A DNA stretch of 64,000 nt from Antedon mediterranea (taxonomy: Eukaryota; Animalia; Echinodermata): positions 22,678,795-22,742,794 of the forward strand of contig NC_092670.1 of the NCBI RefSeq assembly GCF_964355755.1. Direction: 5' to 3'. Positions 23,833 through 32,472 of the stretch are shown piece by piece (the first letter of the stretch is position 1; each line of letters begins with the position of its first letter). The position numbers were made by a program, and so were the translations under genes. The notes under the pieces were generated by a model. The model was given only the letters and a program-made list of their open reading frames with translations. It ran no database searches and was not told the DNA's origin.

Positions 23833-26800
23833 CTATAAACGACATCTTGGTGATTCGACAAATTCACAAGGTTTATTACATTCATTGTTGCAAATATGCA
23901 AATACTTTTCATTTATACAACCCTTATTTTTGTATTTAGCTTTGATGCACTTCATAACTTGATCTTTGAATAACAATTTAAAGCATACACAACAAACATA
24001 TTCAGGACCACGAGAAACTGTTTTCCTGAAGTTTTCTAAAACAATCTCAAAATTAGTGTTTTCTGTTTTGATTTTTTCCCGATTCTTCATGTTTTTCTTC
24101 ATGATTTTGTTTCGGAACCCTTCATCACCATGATACTTTTCTGTAAATCTTTGCTTACACCTTTGCCAAAATTTTAAATTACCTCGATATTTCTCAGCCA
24201 ATTTTTGTTTACAGTTTTGTCTAAATTTCAAATTACTCCTATACTTTTCTGCCAATTTGTCTTTGCATTTTTGTCTAAATTTCAAATTACTCCTATACTT
24301 TTCTGCCAATTTGTCTTTGCATTTTTGTCTAAATTTCAAATTACTCCTATACTTTTCTGCCAATTGGTCTTTGCATTTTTGTCTAAATTTCAAATTACTC
24401 TGATACTTTTCAGCCAATTTTTCTTTACAGTTTTGTCTAAATTTCAAATTACTCCAATACTTCTCTGCCAATTTCTGCTTACGGTTTTGCCGAAATTTCA
24501 AATTAGTCCGATACTTCTCTACCAATTTATGCTTAAGGTTTTGTCGAAATTTCAAATTACTCCGATACTTTTCTGCCACTTTTTGGGTAAGGTTTTCTCT
24601 GAATTGTGAATTATTACAATACTTCTCTGATAATATTTGCTTCAAATTTTGTCGAAATTGTGGATCATTGTGATACCTCTCCTTACTTCTTTGTTTATTA
24701 TTTTGTATAGTTGTATGCCTAAACATTGTATCATTGTTGTATCGATTCTTTTTGGTTTCTTTTTTGGTTGTTCGGTAATCCAAATTAATGTTGTAGTTAT
24801 GTCTAGCTTTATTTCGTACCTTCACATTATATTCAGGTTCACATTTATACATTTTGTGTTGTCTTTCTTTGTTTTCCTTCCTCTTTTGGAATTTATAATC
24901 ATCATCACCATATCTTATTTTTTGTGCCTCTTTTACTTTGCGTTTTTTTTCCTCTCTGTATACAGAATCACTTTGATATTTGTTTCCGATTTCATTTGTT
25001 TCTTTTGAATTATTGTTTTCTTCTGTTTCCCGTTTAATTTTTTGTCGATTCTTTTCTCTTTCTTTTTTAATTCTATAAGATTGTTTTCGTTTTCTGCTCA
25101 ATATTTTTACTCTGCTTTCTGAACAAGGTTTTTCAACATTTTTACTCTGTTTGGGTTTTGGTTCTATATCTTCAAATGTGTCACAAGTTTCTTTTCCTGT
25201 TTGCTTTCGTTTCCTTGTTGTCACATTCATATCAACTTGTCCTGTTGTTTCCTGAACATTAGTTTGACTCACATTGACAGATTCTACTACATTAAAATGT
25301 ACATTCATGGTGTACAAAATATATATACCATTGTCAGTTGTAACATCATCTATTCTTCCCGGCTTTTTAGCAGAAAACAATTGCCACGTCAAAAGTTGAT
25401 CATTAAATGAATAAATATCTGTATTAAGCAAGTTTGCCATTGCACTTATTTCAGTATTGGATGCCCACGTTCCATTATCCATTACTCTTTTTTTAAACAC
25501 ATATTCCTTAACTGATCTATATTCGTGACTAAATGTATTAATAAATAAGTCATCAGTTTCCAATAAATGATTAGTAATTGCTCTTCTTAAAAGTAAATGA
25601 TTATTTTCAGTCCCAGAAATAATGTATGAAATTGCACGATAAAAACAATTACCATCACCTGTAATATTTGTAATTTGAAGAGGATGTCCAATCTGACTAG
25701 CTCTGTTAATACCACAATTCATATCGGTATGTTCACAATGAATGCCTACTTCATTACACATGTTTTTCTTTTGTGCTTCTGAGGTAGGAATAAATTTAAA
25801 ATTCTTGTCAGGTCTTTCTGCATACTGAACATTAACAATTTCAATATCACTATCACTTTGCCATCCATTACTTGATGAGACATGACCTTCTTTATTATGT
25901 TTTTTGCCTTTAACGTTAGAATCAATATTCTTGTCTGGTAATCTTGTACTACATTTATACTGATAAGACGTACTAGGTTCATCAACGTCGACGTTTCCCA
26001 AGTTTCTTTGTTCACAATTATCATCGAGCACAGAAGCGGAACATAACATCATAGACTTATTTTCAATATTTACACCAGTCAGTTCAAACTCGGTTTCATG
26101 TATATTACAGTTCATTGACCTTGCTAATCTTATACAATAATCGTACACACCTTGCCAAGATGGACTGTAAAGTAAAATACTCTTTCCATGTTTACTAACA
26201 CAACCAAATCGATCTCTTGCATGTGGATCAAATATAAGAAATCCATTTACACGTTTGATAATAGAAAATGTGCTTCTGTTGAAATTCATAAAAAATGCAT
26301 CATGTTGGTGTAATTCTTGTTCAAGAGCTTGGTTTAATGACAAGGCTCCATATTCAGCCATAAATTCGAGATTTCCATCTATTATGCCAAAAACTGATTC
26401 TTTGGGAGATATTACAAATGTGTTATCCAAGATATCCAATTCTTTCGGCAGTTCAGAAATCATTAAAAGGTCCTCGTGCATAGTGGAATCTTTCTGAATG
26501 TAACGGTACAACTCGTTTCCAAGAGTCAATATTGTATCAAGGTCTTTGGTGTAAAATTCATTTCTATTCCTCTTTGTAGAATAAAGAATAGCTACAAGAC
26601 TATTTGCAACACACTGTTTACCACTTGCAAAGCCAAATCTATAATTCCCTTGAATAAAATTACCCTGTGCTACAGTTATATTTTCATTACTATTATATAC
26701 TTGTAATTCATTTATTGATTGTGTTTTCTGCCTTTTTCGTGTATTTTTTTGTTTTGGTACATCATCGATTATGAATTCTTCCGAAAAATTATTTTTTGTT

Positions 26801-28281
26801 AAAACTTCAATATCCACATCGATTGTATGTTGGTCACATTTAGGTTTAGTATGGGACCTAATTTTTTCAGTCACTGCTTTTTTGCATCCGTCATCAATTA
26901 TCAATACTTCATTTTCCTCAAATTCACAACTTGCACATGTTTGATTTTTATGATCTGTACCATTACTATCAATTATTCTACTTCTGTCATTCATTTTGCT
27001 ATTATTTTGTGCTTTCGCATCGTCAGTCGCTGTGTTGTCGTTTTCTACAGTACATTCTATTTTAAAATCCTCGTCAGTTTTCGTTTCAGAATTGTCATTA
27101 TTACCCATGTTCTTTATATCTTTCATAGTATCGCAATCATTCTTTAAATTCACATTACCTTGTGCTTTTTTGTTATCAATCTTCTTAGTTTTGACAAAAC
27201 GACCCTTGTTATTTCGTAAACGTTTCGAACCACCACCTGATTGTTGTTGTATTCCGTTTGTTACTTTGGTATTTTTCAAAACATCACACATAGGCCTACC
27301 ACTGTCGTCAATTATTGTTTGTGAATTTCCCAATACATTCGTTTTAGCATTTTCTTTGTTGTATTCTCTGTAAGTATTTGTATTCATATTCCATTCCATT
27401 TTGTTATTATTTCGTCTTTCATAGAAATCTTTTACACCTTTGCCAATATATTTTACACCTGGTTCTATACTTATACCATTTATAACGCGCTTTCTCCTTT
27501 TCTTATTTCCTCTATTTTTACATCTTTTTTTTCTGTTGTCGGTTCTTTTCTTTGATTTTACCCTTATCCAATCACTACCAAGTAAATCTTCACTTCCTGT
27601 TTGTTGACATTTTTTTAATTTGGCATTATTACGTTTTTCCTTATTTTTCGTTAAGTCTGCAGTGACAGATTCATCAGGTTCTAGAATCGTATATCTATTG
27701 AAATGACAGGGAATACCTATTTCACCCAATATGTTATCAACAAAATTACTATACCCACACATTGAACAAATCCAAATTACTCTGGAATCACATAGTTTGT
27801 CTTCAAAAACATCTCTTACACATTTCACATGAAAATATTGACTACAACAGTCACATGTTATGCAATTGTCGTCTGCTTTCACTTCAATACTACACAAATC
27901 GCATGTATCATCAAACTCTGAAGCGACCTCTGTACTATAAGATAATATGTTTATGATATCATCAATTATTTGTTTAAATTCCGTTGTATCTTTGATAACT
28001 TCACAATCGACATTACATGTATCATCATTTTCCAGTTTTATAGTGCTCATGTCTTTGACATTCTTAGATAAGCAACATTGGTCAAGTAGGTCCAAGATTT
28101 CATCAATGACTGTTTCAAATTCTGTTGTATCTATAATACCACTATCAACATTACCAGCTGTATTGACATTATTGTACCCTTTATTTGTATTTTCTTTATT
28201 ATTCTTAAAAAAGCACCATAACATTAAGAAGAACATTAAAAACAACATACCAATAATAAAGGTTATTAATAGTGTATCCAT
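23833..28281 (-). CDS. N-terminal 1482 aa of the same polyprotein: TM helix, PHD finger, herpesvirus-type (C76-like) cysteine peptidase, OTU, 18-aa repeats, start of Zn finger
   Basis: Hydrophobic N-terminus; PHD CDLC..CDCC..HVKC..WICSMC; peptidase QGNFIQG..GKQCVANSL..FLIFDPHAR; OTU GDGNCFYRAIS..GTWAS..HF. In frame with the downstream ORF (27 nt from the TAG to the next ATG). Confidence 0.88.
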   Translation of the reverse strand: MDTLLITFIIGMLFLMFFLMLWCFFKNNKENTNKGYNNVNTAGNVDSGIIDTTEFETVIDEILDLLDQCCLSKNVKDMSTIKLENDDTCNVDCEVIKDTTEFKQIIDDIINILSYSTEVASEFDDTCDLCSIEVKADDNCITCDCCSQYFHVKCVRDVFEDKLCDSRVIWICSMCGYSNFVDNILGEIGIPCHFNRYTILEPDESVTADLTKNKEKRNNAKLKKCQQTGSEDLLGSDWIRVKSKKRTDNRKKRCKNRGNKKRRKRVINGISIEPGVKYIGKGVKDFYERRNNNKMEWNMNTNTYREYNKENAKTNVLGNSQTIIDDSGRPMCDVLKNTKVTNGIQQQSGGGSKRLRNNKGRFVKTKKIDNKKAQGNVNLKNDCDTMKDIKNMGNNDNSETKTDEDFKIECTVENDNTATDDAKAQNNSKMNDRSRIIDSNGTDHKNQTCASCEFEENEVLIIDDGCKKAVTEKIRSHTKPKCDQHTIDVDIEVLTKNNFSEEFIIDDVPKQKNTRKRQKTQSINELQVYNSNENITVAQGNFIQGNYRFGFASGKQCVANSLVAILYSTKRNRNEFYTKDLDTILTLGNELYRYIQKDSTMHEDLLMISELPKELDILDNTFVISPKESVFGIIDGNLEFMAEYGALSLNQALEQELHQHDAFFMNFNRSTFSIIKRVNGFLIFDPHARDRFGCVSKHGKSILLYSPSWQGVYDYCIRLARSMNCNIHETEFELTGVNIENKSMMLCSASVLDDNCEQRNLGNVDVDEPSTSYQYKCSTRLPDKNIDSNVKGKKHNKEGHVSSSNGWQSDSDIEIVNVQYAERPDKNFKFIPTSEAQKKNMCNEVGIHCEHTDMNCGINRASQIGHPLQITNITGDGNCFYRAISYIISGTENNHLLLRRAITNHLLETDDLFINTFSHEYRSVKEYVFKKRVMDNGTWASNTEISAMANLLNTDIYSFNDQLLTWQLFSAKKPGRIDDVTTDNGIYILYTMNVHFNVVESVNVSQTNVQETTGQVDMNVTTRKRKQTGKETCDTFEDIEPKPKQSKNVEKPCSESRVKILSRKRKQSYRIKKEREKNRQKIKRETEENNNSKETNEIGNKYQSDSVYREEKKRKVKEAQKIRYGDDDYKFQKRKENKERQHKMYKCEPEYNVKVRNKARHNYNINLDYRTTKKETKKNRYNNDTMFRHTTIQNNKQRSKERYHNDPQFRQNLKQILSEKYCNNSQFRENLTQKVAEKYRSNLKFRQNLKHKLVEKYRTNLKFRQNRKQKLAEKYWSNLKFRQNCKEKLAEKYQSNLKFRQKCKDQLAEKYRSNLKFRQKCKDKLAEKYRSNLKFRQKCKDKLAEKYRSNLKFRQNCKQKLAEKYRGNLKFWQRCKQRFTEKYHGDEGFRNKIMKKNMKNREKIKTENTNFEIVLENFRKTVSRGPEYVCCVCFKLLFKDQVMKCIKAKYKNKGCINEKYLHICNNECNKPCEFVESPRCRL
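24130..24700 (-). repeat. Coding 54-bp (18-aa) tandem repeat, about 10 copies (KYRSNLKFRQKCKDKLAE)
   Basis: Visible in both DNA and translation; central copies nearly identical, outer copies diverged. Confidence 0.9.
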
Positions 28282-28656
28282 TATGTATGGTTAATCAAAT
28301 CCAGAAATTGTTTTCAAATTCTATACAATTGATGTATTCTACTTCGTAATTACTTTATACAAATATGTTTTTTTTCCTGCTAAACTTATATTTATCTTTC
28401 CAAATTGTGTTTCGAGACAACTAATGTTTATATTCACTACGCCTAACTTTTTTGGTTCTGCAAAAGCCTTGATAAAGTTTCTATAGATAATAGAAAGATA
28501 GATAGATTTAGATAGATAATAGACTGCTGTCTATAAAAAGATTTGAGATTTCGTTTTATTCATCCAGTGGAGATTTTGCTTAAAATAATTCATCCAGTGG
28601 AGATTTTGCTTTAAATTTGCTTTCGTTGTTGCTGATATGGAATACTTATAATCGGT

Positions 28657-28735
28657 TAATCCTCGTTGGTACTCTCTTTCGGAGAGCAGGATCTCTTTCG
28701 GAGATCCGGGTCTCTTCTGAGACCCAGCGGATTAA
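28657..28735. other. GC-rich three-hairpin multibranch structure upstream of the polyprotein ORF
   Basis: CTCTC-tttcg-GAGAG (28672-28686), GGATCTC-tttcg-GAGATCC (28689-28707) and GGGTCTC-ttct-GAGACCC (28708-28725), closed by TTAATCC/GGATTAA. Confidence 0.7.
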
Positions 28736-29302
28736 TTCTTCAAAACTCTGCAATAAAAGAGAAAGAAAAATTATTAATAATGTTATATATTTTTTCTACC
28801 CCATGACTTATAAGAGAAAATTCTTGCATAGTATTAGTAGGCATGCTCAAGCAGCATAATTGTAATACGCATGATATAATCATTCACTTCACAATCTTTG
28901 TGCGAGTTAATCGCTTAATTAAACTCATTAGTAGTTAGAGATGATAGATCAAAGAAACATACTATGTTGTGAGTCATAACTTGAAAATAATGTAGTCCAA
29001 ACTATATGATTCTAGTTGGTATCTTTTACATAACCCAATTTTTTTTATAGGTTAAAATAAACTACAAAAACTAATGTATTTTTTTTAATAAGGCCCTGTC
29101 ATAGGTATCATGTAAAATGAATAATGATTAATCGGCAGCACACGTGACTCATAATACACAAAATACTGTATAACACATTTCATGGTAGCTGTAGTAGATT
29201 TTACCGATTTTAAATGATGTAAACTTTATTTTGCATTTTTAACAATTTGTAATGTATTTGTTTTATCACATCTTGATATTAACTGTATCAAGGGGTGTAA
29301 TT

Positions 29303-29830
29303 GCTTCTTAATCAATGTCTGAAAAATTAATAAATTTCCTCAAAATGACTTTGGGTATGAGACGGCTGATTAGGGCCTACATGTAGTCTCAATGCTAATT
29401 TCATTTAATATTCACAAACAATAAAATCTGAATTATGTAAATGTTTCATAATAGAAAATGCCTACAAAATAACAGGCAACAGTTCACAAAGTAAGGAAAA
29501 TATGTTTTCTCCGTTTAACAGATAATCTACTAATACTCACAGCTGTAGCTGACACTGTAGGCCTATGTTTTCTACAATCTAAAAAATACAAGTAAAAACA
29601 TTAATAATGGCAATAAACAACATAAAAACTTTTTCCAAATCAACATGCTTCTTAATCAATGTCTGAAAAATTAAGAAATTTCCTCAAAATGACTTTGGGT
29701 ATGGGCCGGCTGATTACATGTGGTCTCAATGCTAATTTCATTTAATATTTTAATCACAAACAATAAAATCTGAATTATGTAAATGTTTCATAATAGAAAA
29801 TAATGCCTAAAAAATAAAAGGCAACAGTTC
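29303..29830. repeat. Local duplication of about 185 bp (29303-29490 vs about 29645-29830)
   Basis: GCTTCTTAATCAATGTCTGAAAAATTAA..CCTCAAAATGACTTTGGGTATG occurs twice. Confidence 0.8.
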
Positions 29831-30038
29831 ACTCCCAATCATGAGGCCATTAATCATCTCTACAAATTATTTATTTTAATTTATGTACACTACTTACGAT
29901 ATTCTAGAGATTATGAAGTAAAAACAATGTTATTACACTATTGTTTATCTCTTCCAACAGCTACAAGACAAAAATATATTCTATAAAATATATTATAAAA
30001 ATCAATACAAATTGTGATCAAAACAGCCACAACATTTG

Positions 30039-30611
30039 GGCGCTAGTTCTGTTTCGCACCTGTCATTTATTTCGATTCAAAATTTGTTTAGTAACTTTAT
30101 CGTGAGTACCACACCTTAGAATTAGGCCTCAAATACTTTTATGAAGGAGATCACACAAAAAGTAAAAAATAAATCCTTTAAATTGATGAATTTACAGACG
30201 TGTTTCTCGCCCATCGGTTCGTGAATTTCGCATAGGCCTACGCCATGTTCAATGTTGTTGTGTCTATGGAGCGCCAATTCACATTGGCAAAATATATTAA
30301 AATTGAACGTAATTTTCACTAATAAATGCATTAAATATACGCATTATAATAATTGAGTTTTCAGCTCTCTATTATGATTGCTCTTTTGGCACTCCATAGA
30401 AACAACAACATTGAACGCAAAATTCACTAACCGATGTGCGATAACTGTAAATTCATCAATTAAAAAAATGTATTTGTTACTTTTTGTGTGATCTTCTTCG
30501 TAAAAGTATTTTTGCGGCCTAATTATAAGTTGTGGTACTCACGATAAAGTTACTAGGCCTAAACAAATTTTGAGTCGAAATAAATGACAGGTGCGAAACG
30601 GAACTAGCGCC
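30039..30611. mobile_element. Foldback MITE (GG...CC ends, 8-9-bp TSD; Merlin- or MULE-like)
   Basis: Almost wholly palindromic: GGCGCTAGTTCTGTTTCGCACCTGTCATTTATTTCG... / ...CGAAATAAATGACAGGTGCGAAACGGAACTAGCGCC; flanked by AACATTTG at 30031-30038 and 30612-30619. Confidence 0.9.
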
Positions 30612-31096
30612 AACATTTGTAACAATGAGATAAGACAGGTGCGAAAGGGAACTACGCTGACCTACACTACTACTAGGACTACTAGACTGACCTACAACAT
30701 GCTATAATTGTAAGCTCATTCAACGAGTCGTTGTTTCTTCTCTTTAATTAAGAACTTATAAACTAAAAACTAAAGTTAATATATATATCCAAGGTGCAAA
30801 AGGAAACTAGCACCGTTTAGTCCTACTAAAAACAGGCTAGGCCTAGGTACACTGTGTAGTAGACCTATTTGTTCATATTTAACATACACATCAGGCCATA
30901 CACGATTGTCGTGCTGCTCCGGAAGCCATCGGGCAGAAAAACTTCACGACGTTTGTCATCTCTCAAACTACAGCCTTCCCGTATGGTGTATAGCACACTA
31001 AACACATGCCTCTATATCATTAGGCCTAGCTAGCCTAGAGGGTAAGTAGAAATTACAAAACAACTACAAATTAAACAATCCACATAATTTCTTACC

Positions 31097-31260
31097 TATT
31101 TCTAAACAAACTTGAGTTTGTTATCAAGTTTGTTATTTCTTAATATTCGTTATATATCAAATAGTATTTGTAATACAGTATTATCAAAGTTATTAATATA
31201 GTTTTCTTGTATCTTGTATCAGAACGACTCTGTACAAACCAACATGGAGTTATCAACACA
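31097..31260 (-). promoter_or_regulatory. Putative non-coding first exon and promoter of the RepHel gene
   Basis: Lies upstream of the conserved splice donor; the CTCCATGTTGG motif is shared with the upstream copy (about 2960). Inference only. Confidence 0.4.
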
Positions 31261-32472
31261 TGAAGTATGGCATGCAATCCTCGCCAAAATTACCAATATG
31301 TAACGAATAAAGGAAATTAGTTGTGCATCGCGTATCTCTAAAACGTGTAAACATAACATTTCATAACTTTGACAGCATATGGGCATTTACGTGAAGTTGT
31401 GCACCTCCTATTTTTAAATGACTTCAGAGTTGCGCAACATGACTTACGCACGTTTTTACGAAATTCGCGTATTTAACATAGATCGAAAACCATTATAACA
31501 ATTTAAAGTTTAATTTATATCTTGCGCTAACTGACTATGGAAAAATGGCATGTTTCACGCGAAGTTACGCGCGCACGTGCGTTTAAAATCTAAAAACGCA
31601 AAAAATCTATTTCTAATCAATTTTCTACGCGTTTCATGTCATTTTAAACTTATAAAAATTCCCACGCGCGCGTAGCGTTATTTTTGTTTTCTAGCCTTTT
31701 CTAATAATTTTACCAATTTTAAAACAATTTCGACTTAATATCACGTCATACGAGCACGTAGAATTTGACAATTTGCGCGCGTTTTTGATGAAAAAGTTCA
31801 AAAATTCGTCAAAATTATGCTTTTTTTAAACAGTCATAAATTCTAAACTACACGGTCAACTTTTTGTGGATGACATATTCTGGAAGTTGATGAGTTGTAA
31901 ATATCGGATCATGCATCAATATGGCTAACCGGACATTTTAACGTCATCGTATGGCCACTCGAATATAAAATATAGGATTTTTGTCTCTTTCGCATAGCTC
32001 ATCACATTTAATAGAGCGCATCTCCACTTATCCGTATTCCATTTCCCCCCATTTTGTTATATTGTCTAGGCCAATCAATTTTCTTTCGCATAATCTACCA
32101 TTTTTTAAATTGTGATGACGTCATCATGTCCAAAAGCGTCAATAACTTGGGTCCCTTATTTTCACCTATTCTGCACTGTATGTAGTACGTATACAGAATA
32201 TAGTGTATACCGTATATACTTTGACGTGACACAAAATAGAGAGCGCACTAACATTATTTCAATGGCATAATCGTTTTTCTGCGCGCAATATTCTAACGTA
32301 TGACGTGCACGTGGCGTTTGCGCTGCGGATAACCTAACTCGTCCGAAGTGACGAGTTCAAGTCTAGTTTAATATAATCATTGTGTACTACAAAACTTTTC
32401 AGAGACTGACTGAGTCAAGGTGTTTTTTAGACTCAGCCTTGCTAGTGTCTCAAGTGGAAAAAGGTTTACATT

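Larger units (their letters stand above)
28748..31096 (-). other. Putative 5'-UTR intron of the RepHel transcript
   Basis: Minus-strand donor AG|GTAAGA at 31096, also conserved in the upstream copy at 2831; polypyrimidine acceptor TTTTTCTTTCTCTTTTATTGCAG ending at 28748. Confidence 0.55.
15387..32366. mobile_element. Large coding Helentron/Helitron2-type element (left boundary uncertain; true left end probably displaced upstream)
   Basis: Comprises a unit-like body at 15387-16546 with a decayed right terminus, a further decayed unit to about 17450, the Rep/helicase/endonuclease gene on the minus strand, and a terminal unit body (about 31310-32366). It ends GCGGATAAC..AACTCGTC-CGAAGT-GACGAGTT..CTAG followed by T. 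Confidence 0.8.

Noticed and set aside
18952-28281. Endogenous herpes-like or giant virus
   Set aside because: Only a peptidase domain is herpes-like. There are no capsid, polymerase or packaging genes, and the Rep-PIF1-endonuclease order and termini are those of a Helentron.
20436-28294. Plus-strand ORFs overlapping the polyprotein
   Set aside because: Antisense shadows of a long coding frame; no motifs.
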